A stretch of 64,000 nucleotides of DNA from Chlorokybus atmophyticus (taxonomy: Eukaryota > Plantae > Mesostigma and Chlorokybus algae): NCBI GenBank assembly GCA_009103225.1, contig RHPI01002568.1, forward strand, positions 385,742 through 449,741. The letters are read 5' to 3'. Below are positions 1-13,881 of the stretch, in pieces (positions within the stretch are counted from its first letter, which is position 1; each line of letters starts with the position of its first letter). The notes under the pieces were generated by a model that saw nothing but the letters and a program-made list of their open reading frames with translations, was not told the DNA's origin and ran no database searches. The position numbers were made by a program, and so were the translations under genes.

Positions 1-1624
1 AAGAATTTGCCCTGACAGGGGAGTTGAGAGGCATATTCGAGCATCCCGATGCGCGCAGCAGCAAGCATCTGCAGAGGCCGGACGTGATGGCGAGGGTGGC
101 GGTGTTGTTGGAGCGCCTGAGAGGCTCTGCTCGTGCGACGCACCCGCGAACACAGGCTTCACTGTTTCACGTGTCACAGGTAATGAGCACAGTTTACCCT
201 CCAGCTTCGCGTATTCTGGAAACGCGCGACAGTCTGTGTACAGCACTACACAACATCAGTGTGACACTGTGTGCTTACAATCAGGGTGCAATGGATGCCG
301 CACTTGCTGTGTTGGATGGATATCGCTCAGAAGCTTCAGTCGCGCTGCTTGCTCTGAAATGGGCAGTCGAGCTCGCTGAAGCGCACGCGCCATACTTAGC
401 GCTCACCGAGTCACGAGTCCTCAACGCATTTGCTCTGCACGCTGTCCAGGTAGGTTGTTCACCATTGCATCACCTCACTGTCTATACGACGCACTACTGA
501 GCTTTTGGACCAAGCATTCATTGTGTTGTGTGTATGCTCAGGCATTTGCACAACATCACCTGCAAGATGCTCACACGAGCACGCTGTCAACCTTCTATGT
601 GGACAAGACATCCGATGCTTATCGGGGTGTTAAGGCTGTCCTTGGCGTGTTGAATGCGCTCACTGCGAAAGACACCGTTGACTTTGCACGCCAGACTGAA
701 GCCGCTGCTAACGAAGCCGTCCAGGAGTCTGTACAGGTACTGCTCTGAACAAAACTACTCTGAGCTGGTGACCATGACCAATTCTCTTCATGTTGTTGTG
801 CAGGTTGTGCTGGTAGGATTGGGAGTTGCCATGCCACTCATGTCCGCAGAGTTGCTGAAGTTCCCAAAGCTCTGCCAGCGGTTTATAGCCGTCGCCTCTC
901 ATGCCTGCACAGTACATCCAGCAGAGGTAGCCTCCCTTGCGCCAGAAGCCCTCACCTCACTTGTCTCTGCAGTGGACTTCGCATTAAGCCATCAGGTAGG
1001 CAGTGACTCTGTCGCCTATGTTAGGGAAGTTCTTTGCACTTGAAGCACCGTCATGTGCAATCTGGCCTTCAAGCATGCCATCAAGCCAGTCCGTGCTTCC
1101 TTTGACTCCTCCTTTCACCGTGCAGGATGCAGATGTTGTGCAGTCTGCCTTAGAAGCTGTGGGCGCTCTTGCTGCATACTACTGCGAACAACAGTCCAGT
1201 CAGCCCAATGCAGGTACGCAGAAATACAACACCACCTTGAGATCACAGCAATTGGTGGCTCAAAGATGCCAACAATTTGTTATGTTCAGGCACAGGGACA
1301 TTTGCCGAATCGATACGGCATTTCCAAGCGCTTCTACTGCGTTTGCTGCTGTTGGAAGATTTCAACGTCGAGTTAATGGGGCAGGCGGAGGATGCGTTGC
1401 TGGCGCTTATTGTGGCGGACAGAGCACTATTTCGGCACCACCTAGAGGAGATTGTGAGGGGGGTTGAGGGTGAGGAGGCCAAGCGCGGCACGTCGGAGGC
1501 GCTGCGGGCCCTTGTTGAGAGCAGTGAACGCGTCACAGCACTCAACCGGCAGACCAGACAAGCCTTCCGCGCAGAGTCCCAAAAACATGTTGTGGCTGCT
1601 CGCAGCTGGTTAAGAACAAAGTGA
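1..1624 (+). CDS. XPO4: Exportin-4 (importin-beta family), 3' part; gene begins upstream of the window
   Basis: Exons <1-179, 285-449, 542-736, 804-995, 1126-1213, 1290-1624 with GT-AG sites and consistent phase. The translation LQRPDVMARVAVLLERLRGSARATHPRTQ ... LLKFPKLC ... LLLLEDFNVELMGQAEDALLALI ... SWLRTK* matches the plant exportin-4 C-terminus as I recall it. Confidence 0.9.
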
Positions 1625-2357
1625 TAAATGAAATGCCTAATTGGTGGTCTCCATGCGGTAAACTGGAGTTGAGAGCAATGCATCATGATTGCGCCATTAG
1701 GCAGTCGTGTACGTGTACACGTAATCTCACAGCAGTTGCTAATGTGATGCGCATGGGTATTGGGCTATGCGGGCGTTGCTGGGGCTTCTGGTCAACACAT
1801 GTCAGTGTTGTGGAATTGCAAGCTGCTAGTGCAAGTGCATGCATTAGTGCCAAAACATCCAGTCAGTTCTAACTGTATTACCAGCACACCGCTTCATGAT
1901 GACATTGTTGCATTACAGGTGAGACTCTTAAATTGCAAACATGCTTCAGCATGCATGCATGAACTTGTATTGCGAAGGACAAATCTGATGTGTGGTTATT
2001 CTTTGCACACAATGCATATTGCGTTGCAGAACATCTCAACAGGACATTTGTCGCAAGCTGCTATGCACTTGGGTATGCAGCATGGTAGGGCGACATTTGC
2101 TGCCAGTTACATGCAAGTAGCGATAGAGGTCTGCATGACAGCATTGACAGTTGCTAGGTCTCGATTCACAAAGGTTGGAAACGCGCACTCCTAGCTGTCA
2201 TTTTGGTTGCACAATAATGATCAGAAACACACAGGAAACGCAGCACTCGCAATCAGCGCAATGAACCCAAGTGTGCTGATTGCCAAGTGCATAAAACACC
2301 ATGTACATCACACAAGAATAGTCAGCAACAAATCGCGCCGAATTCAAAATGCACAAC

Positions 2358-5300
2358 TCAATTGGGCGGCGGCGCTGTTTGTGAGCTGCTGGCTGCTGCG
2401 GTCGGACCCATCTCAATGTAAGCTGGAGGAGGCGGCATGAAAAACGGCGTGTCTTCGCGATTGAGCTGGAGGAACACCTGTTGCAGGCTGGGCTGGCTGA
2501 CAGAGTACCACTCAATACCAAGAGCGTCTTTGTTGCCTTCGAGCTCCTTGATGAGCACGCCCACGCCGCGCAGGTCCCGCACGGGCAGCGTGTAGTTGCG
2601 CTGGTGCGGCGTCGACAGCGAGCCCTCGTCCACGATGGCCGTCGGGAACACCTCTGTCACCAGCGTGTGCACGCCCTCCCAGTTGGCAGGTCTGCGCGAG
2701 GACTGCCCCGCGCGAAGTTGCAATGCGTAAGAAGACCCGTACTTGCGCTTCAAGTGCTGAGAAGTACCCAACGCCTTCAATTGGCCCCTCACAAGGATGC
2801 CAATGCGCGTGCAAACCGAGTCCGCCTCCTACAAGCAGCAGTGTGTCAACTCTAACTCTAACTTCATGTGCAATTTGTCAAAGGCAACAACGACCACGAA
2901 GAGCTGTTTGAAAGTGGTATTGTACAAAGATACCTCCATGGAATGTGTGCAAAGTATCACTGCCCGGTCGACTGCAACCTTGCGTATCGCATCCCAGACA
3001 GCCTGTGTACAACGCATGCACGGTTGAAAGTCACAGACACCAACCAACCTATAGTGCACGTAGCGGAGCGACACTGCATGTGTGCGCCAGATCTGGGCTT
3101 ACCTGGCGGCTGGCCACATCGAGCCCCTTCGTGGGCTCGTCGAGTAGAAGTACATCGGGTGCACCGAGCAGCGCCAATGCTACTGCCAACTTGCGCTGTA
3201 TGCTGACAGGGCAGTCTCCTGCACATGTTTCATGTATGAGCTGCCACATTGCGGTACAATGCAACAACAGCACAGGACTGGCATCCCGACATCAACGCAC
3301 CGACGCGAATATCGGCGTGTGCAGCCATGTTGAGCAAAGCAATGGCGTCCTCCACAATGTGCGCGTGACCGGCTCCGTCACTGATGGTGCTGCCATCAGA
3401 TAGTTGCACAGCTGAAGCCTGCACGCAAGATGAGTGGTTACAGGGCTTCAGGCATGCTGTCAAGCCGTCCATGCAACAAGTTTGCTCAGACCAACCTGAG
3501 GCAAACCCTTAATGGCGGCAAACATGCGCAGATGCTCACGCGGGGTGAGCTCAGACCACAGGCCACCCTCCTGCGGGCAGAAACCGACCGAAACTCGCCT
3601 GCGTGCGTGCCCGCCCCCGGTTTCGGCATGCGCTGTGTATGTTGTAATGTGTGCCTCTCCTGCATTAAACCGTTGTTTTCCACAAATCATCCTTACGTCC
3701 AGATCACTTGCGTAGGCTCACGCACTCCACAAAGGCACGCCCACGCGCACGGGCACATGCGCGCACACTCACACACAGAGGCGACACACCCACCTCCGCT
3801 GGGCACCATGGCGCCCACAAGACATTGCAACATGGCGCTTTTGCCCGAGTTGTTGGTGCCCAACAGGCCAACTACTTCGCCTCTAGACACCCCCAACCAC
3901 ACCCCTTGCAGAACCTAGAAACAGGACTCATCAAGTTGAGCGCTGCATGCAATCAAAGACAGGACTCACAATATACTGAGCTCATACCTGCAACCTAAAT
4001 CGCACCAGCCCAGCATTCTCTACAATTCGCTCGGCCTTGAGATTCTTGATAAAAATCAAGTTTTCTTCAGGTATAGCTCCTGCCCATCGACCTGCACACA
4101 ACATTTTTTGTGTGTGTACCAAAACATACAATGTAAAAGTGAAAGGGCGCGGTTGTCCATGCACCTGCGACAACACCCTTCCGTAACCGCTCCCGTTCCA
4201 ATGCCACATCTTCATCCTCATTGGGCAGCGCTGCAGCAGACCCATTGCTTGCTGCTTCCGTTCCAGGTTCTGTGTCATGCGCACCCCAATCCTACACAAC
4301 GAGCACAAGGTTAATGAGCACATATACGCATGCAAGACAGCAAGGTTGGTTGCCGCGCTTCATACTTGCACAAACTTGGAGGTGACTGCGAAGGGACGCA
4401 GTTTGAGGCGCCACAGCAGGAGCCCACAGCATGCAGCCATGCCGAGGATACATGGCAGCACGTGACGGGACCACATAAAGTACTCATATGCGGGCACATT
4501 GGTTGCACCCGCGTGCGCACGGCTGTACCCATAAGTAAAGTCCGAGATCCAGAATATGCCTATACACAGGGAGCTGATGTTAGTCTTGAACACTTACACA
4601 GATAGAGTATAGATTAGTAGAGCACATGCAGCAACTGAGCCAGTATACCTGATTTGAGTGCGTAGGGTGGATCAATGATAGCCATAGGGACATGGAAGAA
4701 GTCCAGAGCGCCGTCCTCAAACCCGAGCATGAACATCCACGGGATGAGGGCGGCAAGGAAGAATACGATTAACAAGTTGGCCGCTGTTGTCGACGGGTCC
4801 GGATGCCAGAAGCTTGCAACGTACGCCAGCAGGATGAGTGTGGGTGTGGCAACGCCCAGCAGCGTCACGAGTATGGGCAGCGCGGAGAGGGTGAACGGCT
4901 GGTGACCGAAAGCGTAGCCGAGCAGCATGACAAGCAACAAGAAGATGCCGAGGGCGACACAGTCGGCGATGAACATGCTGCCGAAATACGCCAATCGATG
5001 CAGCGAGCTAACCTGTATATCAAGAGAGTGTTCACTACCGTTGTGTAGCACATAGCATACCATGTGTCATCCTTTTCACAATAACCACACACACAATCAC
5101 ACACGCCCATGCGCACGCACGTGCGCAACTGCAGGAGCACATGCAACTGTTGGTGGAGTGGTGCAACTACCTGCATGACATGAAGAGTTGTACTGGGTCG
5201 CTCCTCGGATACCCGTGCCGCCAATATGGCTGGGATGAGCAGCAATGCAAAGGAAACGAAAAAGGCCACTAGATAACCCAGTATGTCAATGTCACCCGTA

Positions 5301-8300
5301 TCAGGCAAGGGATGGCTCGCGACGCGGATGTTGGGTCTGGTGCCGTTTAGGATGGAAGCGTAAGCTGCTCCAAGGATTGCATCATCAACCATAGCAACCA
5401 TTGTGGGCAGCTCGTGCATTTGCAATGGGTCGTACTCGATTTTAACATCCGCGCGGCAACCACCGAGGTTGAGACGGTTAAACACAAGAGGCCCAGCGTA
5501 GGAGTCGTCAAGAGAGATAGGCATTGCTGAGCTGCCTGTTGTTATCAGTTCGGGGCCAAGCGAGGAGAGGAGTCCCGACACATCAGACATGTGTGCAGAA
5601 GCCTCATCATCAGTGCTGATGATGAGCGGACGTTCATGTGCAACTGATGAGTCCCAGAGCAACATGGAAGGCCTTGCTGTTGTCCATCCCACGAGCGACG
5701 ATTGCAGTATCAACACGGTGAGAATGATGATGAGCGGTACTGCGAAGGTCGCAAAGGTGTTGAGCGGGGAGCGCACGTAAAGAGCCTTGCGTAAACTCAA
5801 AAGTGCACGCAGCTGCATGCGCGCAGGGACCTGCCCGACAGCCGCAGCGGCGCCTTCAAGCGCGCGTGTCTCCTGGCCCTGCTCCACCAGCTCACCGAGC
5901 AGGCCTTCTTGCTCCTCTTTTGACCTGCCTTCCCCTGCATATTACAGCCATTCAACACGTGAAAACATGTTAACACACTAACTGATATGTGGCAACAGGC
6001 CCAAAACATGCGCGCACAAACCCACCAGTGGCTGATAGTGGCAAGGCAGCCACATCGGACTCGGGCTCAGCCTGCAATTGCATAAACACATCCTCCAGAG
6101 TCGTAGCTTCAAGAGCCATTTCTCCAATACCCAATTGCTCCCTGTGATGCCAAATAGAAACTCTTTTGCAACAACACGACGCTACCCGCTGTGCACTGAA
6201 CTCGGCATGCAACTAGGCTCTTACCCTTGGTCGTGCAGAGTGAACAACAGGTCAGCCAGCTTGGGTTCAGCTCCAAGCGGAAGCTCATAGACTGCTTCCG
6301 GATTTTCTGCCTGGCCCTGGGAGCCGCCTTTGACCAGCGAGGCAGTAGGGAACGCCTCCTGACACAATTGTATTCAAATGAGAAGAGAGAAGCCACACAC
6401 AACTATGCCTGCCTGAAGGCGCACACGTCAATGTGTCGACAGGCACACCTGTATGATGTGGAGGACTGCTGGACCATCAAACCGCGGCGTCTTGGACACG
6501 AGAAGAGAGTATCCAAGGCCAAACTTCTGCACAGAGTAGAGTGCATAATTATTGACCCGTACACCGCACACAATGCAGCACTGTTATCACATTTTTCCCT
6601 GCACCTGCTTGAGAAATGCGGAAGAGCCGCAGCATCGCACCACTCCGTGTGACATAATCACCTTGCGATCTGCCAGCTGCACATGCCATGAGTCAATACG
6701 GATCATTGCCACATTCCCTTGTGAGCAGCACGCTGGCAAGGAGACTGTGTAGGTTGGAAGGGTAATCAGAGGGGCTTACATCATCAGCCTCGTCCATGGC
6801 AGAGGTAGTGATGATAATTACACGGCCGCTGGCCTTGCGTCTTGCAAGGATATCCCAAAGGCGCGCGCTGTAAACCGGATCCATCCCCGACGTGGGTTCA
6901 TCTAGAAGGACGACTGCCGGGTCTCCGACGAGCGCCAGACAGAGCGACAGCATGCGAAGCTCGCTTGCCGAAAGCTCGGATGGCATCTTGTGTGCACAGT
7001 GCTCAAGGCCAGCCTCTGCCAACATAGCATTGGCCATCTGCTCCGGAGTCCCGCGTCCCGTTTCACTCGCTGGGCCGGGAGCACCTCTTGCCGCGCCCTG
7101 AGGCAACCTCAGAGGCCCTTTCATGGATGCGAAAAAGGTAATCTGTTCTCTTGGGGACAAGCCTTGAAGAGCAATGTTGGTTTGAGGACAATAACCTGCC
7201 AGGCCACAACAGTCATTGGCTTATACAACGTCACACAAAACTTGTCGTTGTGGCAACATCGCATACAAAAGTATGTGGCATACCTAGCCAGCTGGCTGCT
7301 CGCAGTGTGCTTGCTTCATTAGACAGGCGGTGGCCATAGATGTTGGCATCGCCTGATGACGCGCTCGACACCCCGGACAACATGGACAAGACGGTGGACT
7401 TGCCAGAGCCGGCGTGTCCAAGCAAAGCGCAAACCTGGCATAGCACACCATGTCAGGCACGCACGCGCAGCTTCATGCATGAAACCAACAACACAAAAAG
7501 GGACCCACCTGGCCTTCAAGGAACACCAAGTCCAGGCCCTTGACAGCCACCTTCTTGCGCGTGTCAGCGAGGTGGGAGAGGCCGCGATACCATAGGAGAG
7601 AGGATCCGTAAGCCTTGCGCAAGGACATGGCTGCAACCTTACAGCGTGAAGCCAACTCTTGTCCAATGGGTTCAAATATTTCTCCATCACGCCCGCTCGT
7701 AGCGAACGCGCCGATGTCATCCACCTCGACGTCGCTGGTGGCGCCGCCTTCTCCGTTCTCGGGATCGGCCTCATCAAGGTGGTGAGGCAGGAGTGATTCT
7801 GCTGCGGCGAGATAGTACTTTGGTCGCTTGGGGAACCAGAAAGCACGCCGGAAACAGAAGAACAGGTCCTTCTGAGATGGGCCGCGCTGAGGATGCGGGA
7901 ACACATTGTCCTGCACAAGTACAACAGGTGGTCAGTGCACACGCAATCAACACAATCTGATTGAAAGCAACCATTCACCCCAACACAACCAGCAGCAGCA
8001 GCAACAGCAACAGCAACAACAAGAATCACCCATTCAATGACTGATCTTGCACCCCATTGTTAGATAGACGCATAAACTTCTACTACTCACCAGATACCAG
8101 GCCAACATAGCGTACAGTATTGCGTCCAGGCAGAAGAACAGGACGACGGCACCAAGGCTGAGTGGGTAGCGCCCGACGCCACTCAAGTTCTCGGGACTGC
8201 TGGCCCAAAAGTTGTTGAAGTGGATGCCGGAGCCACTGGCTTCAGCCTGCGTGACCACATCCATGGCGATGGCGAGGCCAATCGGCGAGAACAGCGCTAG

Positions 8301-9736
8301 AAAGGCATATGACACCGCGGATGCATTGGACAACGTAAGAGGCACTATGACCAAACTAGCCAGGAAGCCAACAATCCCGCCAACTCGGCCTGCGACTCGT
8401 GCCCGCGAGAACACGGTGCTCATGGCGAAGGACAGCGTGACCACAGACAGGCAGTACGGGAAGAACACGAGGAAGAGAGCGAGTGTTGACGAGTTGGTAA
8501 ATAACCCGAGGAAGTGCGTGGTCACGGCGAGGATGGCCGATGTCATGGCCGACATGCCCGCATACGTGGTGAACCACGCCAGCCAGAACACGGACTCCTT
8601 CAGACCCATTGCCAACATGCAGTCCTTGATGAGGCTCTCCTTCTCATGCACTAGATGCGTTACGGACACCTGCATGAGAGGTAGCGTCGCCCACACCATG
8701 TACATCGATACGAACAGGCGGAAGCGTTTGGATGCGAAGGACTGGCGGAAAGCGTCGAGCGGGCCCGCCTGAGCTTCAATCACAACAGCCGGCGTGTTCG
8801 GGTCGCTGGGCCAGATGGGATCGGTGTGCAGCTGCGCGCACGAGCCCACTGGTGGGAGCAGCGCCTGCGCAACGGAGTGTTGCAACGACACAAAGCCGCT
8901 CGTGAGGTAGCGTTGGGACTCGCATGATGTGGGTGGCAGGTAGCCGTACATCTCGGGCCGACAGCTGTCCCCACTTGAGCGTGTGCTGTGAGTGTTGGGC
9001 ACGTACGATGCGTTCATGCGGATAGTGTAAGTTAGATCGGCTGGCAACTGTTGATCACCAGTCACACCGGAAAACACCACCCCGGCATACAGGACCTCTG
9101 GATTGTCATTATAGAAGCGCAACAGCTCATCCTCGCTGTCAAATGGCCTGGCCTCTGGCGTCTGCAAACAGAGTGTGCGAGTGTGTGTCGGCCAGCAAAT
9201 TGAGGGTGTGGTTGTTTATGTACTTGCATTTCGTGTGTTCGCATGCACGCACGCAGAGTGCGTGCATGCAAGGACTCTCTCAGACTCTATGTCACACACA
9301 TGTGCGAGCACGTAAAAGCACATCCTACTTTCATTATGTGTGTATGCATGAGAGAGCGCTTGGGTCTTGTCGAAGTTACCTGCGTGTAAGGGTACAGGTA
9401 TGGGTACTGCTGCTGCATGATGAGCAGGGCTTGCGTCATGGTAGATGTGACATAAGGGTTATTGCCCGGCACGTAACCAATCACGCTGGTAGCGAAGTGG
9501 CTGCCATAAGGCCACTCCCAGCAGCTGCTGACAGGGCGACAGAAGGCGTCTACGGTTGGGCCCTGCTCGACAGCGGGTACGTCCACCTCTTGCGTCATGA
9601 GCTTCAGGAGTATGAGCAGCATGACAAAGTAGATGGGCAGCAAGACTTCCTGCACGGTGGCTTTGGCGAGGCGCCGTTTCACCAGCACGTTGCGCTGCAT
9701 CGCAGCTCTGAACTGCGTGAACCATGACGTGCCCAT
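2358..9736 (-). CDS. Full-size ABCA-subfamily transporter (TMD-NBD-TMD-NBD), 20 exons
   Basis: ATG 9736 (MGTSWFTQFRAAMQRNVLVKRR, a typical ABCA N-terminus). Exon 2 has AGVVF and TM helices. NBD1: GHAGSGKST, GYCPQ, VLLDEPTSGMDP. A second TMD follows. NBD2: GTNNSGKS, GFCPQ, LLLDEPTKGLD, THSMEEAD, GTSQHLKRKYG. C-terminal YSVSQPSLQQVFL; stop 2358-2360. All 19 introns are GT-AG. Confidence 0.93.
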
Positions 9737-10758
9737 CTTGCGCTACTTTACTACTTCTTTGTCTGCAAGTGTACGCATGACAGAAGCAAGTGTTGGTAGT
9801 AAGCTCTAGTATGCACTCGATTGTGCAAAATCACCCACGCATACCGCACAGTGACATTGGGCAGCAATGCTGGCCTCTACGTGCGTTTTGGCTTGACAAG
9901 TACTCACAGTCACACCGTAGCAACAGCTCATGCTGGCATTTGGTCGGCATGGGCAAATCCAGCAGCACACGAAGCACTGTTACACGCAGTTGCTAGCTCA
10001 GCAAACTGGTCGTGTGATATTGCCGTTGATGCATAAAATGCTTGCATGAGCAGAATTGTCACGACCTGATTGTGCGCCGTGTGTACGCTTGCATGCACCG
10101 CAAATTGCCTCGCACTCTGGCCATAGCATGCAACCCTAACGGAAACCAGAGTGCTTGCACATCGCACACGCCAGCCACGAGAGACACAGAGCCGTGGACC
10201 ATGGATTGATAACCACGACAACACACATTCCAATCCTGTGCATGAGTAGCTTGGACCACCGCCCTTAAAAGCAACCAGCTCCACCACAACAGACCGTAAC
10301 AAACTGTTACATACTTGAAGCCTTTCTCAGTGCTCCTCAAACGGATCGCTCATGTAGCCAGCAACAAAGACCACTACCACATGTCCCGCGACCGTCCTAG
10401 GGTACAAGCATCTCCACCGCTGCCGCCGTTGCCGGCGCTCAGCATGCCGGCCACCATCACGCTTGTCCAGCGTCACACTTGGAGCACAGCGTCACGCAGT
10501 ATCTTCAACCGGGGTCGAGACCCCGTGATGAGCCCGATTAAACGAGCCGGGTTCGCTTTTGCAACGTGGCAATAACCGCGAGACGACGTCGCTGCTCGTA
10601 CGGTTCGAAGTTGCCAACATGTGTACGGCATGGTACGAATTACTGGTACACGCAGCTCTATTCGCACAATGCAACGTGTTGCTGTGCATGTCCGTGTGCA
10701 CACACTTGACGGCGGCGTTTGTGGTGACGGTGGTGAGGTGCATCGCAGTCACGCAGGC

Positions 10759-11221
10759 ATGGAGCGGAAGGCGTGCTGTGCTGCTGTTGCGCTCCTGATG
10801 CTCTGCAGCTTCCTGGCGGCCTCCACGGGCGCTGAGGCTGCCAGGCCAGCTGCCGTCGCCGCCGCCGGTAGCGGCAGCCAGCGCTCGCTGCTGGCGGACG
10901 CCGGCGCCTGCAACCAGCTCAACGGGGCTCAGACCTGCATGACCAACCCAGATTGCAGGTATGAGGTTCTTGCCTTGTCCTTCTAGTCCTTCTCTACGTG
11001 TCTCTCAAACGTTAAGTCCTCCGCTTCGTTCTCCTCCTGCTGCTGCTCCGCCTCCTCCTCATCATGCTTGTTCTCCTTGTAAAAGGTGGTGCAAGTCTGT
11101 CGTGGCGGGCTGTGGCTGCTTCGGCGCCGCTGAGGTGGAGAGCCTGGAGCCTGGCATGTACGTGTGCAGCACCCCTGGCGGCGGCCTCCCTGAGCAATTC
11201 TGGTGCGGCACTGCCAGGTGA
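10759..11221 (+). CDS. Small secreted Cys-rich protein precursor, paralog A (~111 aa, 2 exons)
   Basis: Exons 10759-10958 and 11086-11221 (phase-2 GT-AG intron). Hydrophobic signal peptide, RSLL pro-motif, then C-x8-C-x5-CRWC-x7-C-x15-C. Intron position and Cys spacing are shared with the paralog at 12874. Confidence 0.75.
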
Positions 11222-11777
11222 CGACGCCTATCACAACGACAGTGACAAGGAAGAAGAGGAAAAAGGAGGCTAAGGAGATGAGAGAATGCAACCATGCACA
11301 GTCTCTCTTCTGTGTTTGACTGAATAAAGACATAGGTGTTGCTGCATGGCAAGTTCTTGGGCTGCTTGCGTGCTTGTTGGTCTGCAAGCGACAGCAGCGT
11401 TGTGGTTGCTTCGGTGTCCCGTTGGCTGTCGTAAGAACAGTTTGCAGTAAAGCACGCCCGGTGTGCATGTGTACAAAGTATGCATGTGACCATGCGTACA
11501 CATGCAAACAGCCGTCAGCATGCAACAACCATTGTCAGTCGGGTTTGTTCATGTTTTGCATGCAAATAACCATTTACATTGGCCATCATAGAGTCACCAG
11601 TAAAAGTCATGCCGGATTAGCTAACTAAACACTTGAACAGCGCTAGCTAGGTAACCAATGCAACCCAATTGTGTCTACTGGACCATCGCCGGGGGCCACA
11701 CAGTTGCGTGCGCGTGATGCTCATTAAGCACTGCTCAATCTGCAACATGTACAAGTGCATGAGTGGGGGCAGGGGGG

Positions 11778-11894
11778 NNNNNNNNNNNNNNNNNNNNNNN
11801 NNNNNNNNNNNNNNNNNNNNNNNNNNNNNNNNNNNNNNNNNNNNNNNNNNNNNNNNNNNNNNNNNNNNNNNNNNNNNNNNNNNNNNNNNNNNNN

Positions 11895-11930
<36 letters not shown>
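11778..11930. other. Assembly gap (N run 11778-11893) abutting a poly-G tract
   Basis: N run followed by ~37 G and preceded by G-rich sequence. Confidence 0.95.
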
Positions 11931-11931
<1 letters not shown>

Positions 11932-12873
11932 CAGTTGCATGCTAATAAAGACTGCAGCAAGACTTAACTTAGGTCCCTATAAGGTAAGTGCACCACTGTA
12001 TCCTGGTACATGTCCGTGTAATCGTAATTGCCTAATGAAAACATGAGTTGTTTCCTATCAATTGAAAAGTCCGTTCAACTTTCAATTATCATATTACCTT
12101 TAAGAACATGTGCAACAGCATGTAAAGCACAATACCCATTCATGTAACCCTACTTGCCCCCTTTTGTCAGTGTCCCTTTGAATGGTCTCTCTGTCTCTCT
12201 CTCTCTGTCTCTCTGCAAAAACACGTTGAGGGTAAGTGCGTATCAACGTGCTCGTCTATATATGCGTTGACATTTATTACATTATTGGTTGTTTTGAGGG
12301 TTATGTGCTGAGTTTTTGTGCTTCATATCCTGTTCCTCATTCGCATACAAGTAGATATACTTGACATTAAAGTAAAAGAGACGGGTGAGGCATTGTTAAT
12401 AACAATGCCTCACCAACCAACCATTTATGTATCACGTTTGTAGAATATATGCAATGCGGTGAGTTGTACGGGTTTCACATGCATTAAAGTAGTTTTGATG
12501 CTGTTGGCGTTGGTTTATACCTTCGTAGGTAATATAAGATTTTCCAGGTCTGCAGTGTGCCTTGCCTGGTGGCCGCTCTGCTTTGCCCAATGCATCATGT
12601 GTGTCATTGCGTGCCATGGTGATTGCAGTAATCCCATCTATCTAGAGAGTGTTCGCAAAACAGCTGCTTCATAATTGCTATACACTCTATGGATGAGAGT
12701 CTCGTTGAGAGATGAGTCATCCGTGCTGACCATCCGCAATGGTACGGTACGTTGTACCCGTCACGTTGGCTAACGTTAGCCTGGCCGCATAGGCGCGGGC
12801 ATGCGCATTGTGGTCGCCGTCGCTGGCGTTGGCGGCGGCGTTGTTGTTCGGCGTCAACCCAGCTCAGCACATC

Positions 12874-13247
12874 ATGGAGCGACAGAGGACAGCATGCGCC
12901 GTGCTCCTGCTGCTGCTTTGCCTCGCAGCGGTGGGCGCCGAGGCTGCACGCACCACCGCCACAGTCGGCACCAAGCGCCTGCTGCGTGCTGAGTCGGCGG
13001 CGGCGGACTGCGAGCAGCACAAGGACGCCCCGACCTGCATGTCCGACCACGCCTGCAGGTGCATTGTGGCTTGCATTGTCTCTTCTCCTGGTGAGTGAAA
13101 TGGACAAGCTTGTTGTTCTTGGCCAGGTGGTGCAGGTCGATGGCGGTGCCGGGAGGGTGCTATACTGAGGAGGAGGCGGCGCAGCTGCCGCCGGGAGTGT
13201 TCATATGCAGCACTGACTCGGCTTCACTCCCAGCACAACTGTGGTGA
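12874..13247 (+). CDS. Small secreted Cys-rich protein precursor, paralog B (~101 aa, 2 exons)
   Basis: Exons 12874-13058 and 13127-13247. MERQRTACAVLLLLLCLAAVGAEAAR signal peptide, KRLL pro-motif, CEQHKDAPTCMSDHACR|WCRSMAVPGGCYTEEEAAQLPPGVFIC. Confidence 0.78.
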
Positions 13248-13881
13248 CACAATTAGCTGCAATGGCCTGACCAGACCACCACTTGGGTAGCCTGGTCGGC
13301 CGTGGAGTGGAGACAGAACACTGACTAATGACTAACAAATCAATACAGAGACAGAGAACCAGAACCGCGTGACACAATGCCGCTTGGCGCATTGGTGTTT
13401 GGTGTAGGTGTAGAAAATATGCAATGCTGTGCATGTGACTCACCATTGCATTGTGTTTATGCACGATGGTGATGATACTGGTGTTGTGTCATTGTAGTGG
13501 TGTTGTATCAGTTTGTGCGTGATTGTGCCGGAGCAACCAGGGTTGCTTCCCTTTTCAGAAAGCAGGAGCAAACTTCAGATGCTGTCCTCTTAGCTTTATT
13601 ACTAATGCCGAAGCTGCTTGTTGTTGTGGTTAATGACTGAACTACAATACCGCATGCGTGGAAGTGGCCAGCCTATGCAACAATCGGCTCCAAACCTATG
13701 TTTTGAGATGGACCAGCAGCATTCTGCGCATGTCTGCGGTGTAGCGACGCTTTGCTGCAAGCGAGTGGGTGTGGCTTTGCTGCGTGCGGCCAGCAATGCA
13801 TGCACGTGTGCTGGCTTGTGCACACGTTGCAGTTGATGACATGATGTGCGCACATGCAATGTACATCGTTTGGCAGCGGTC

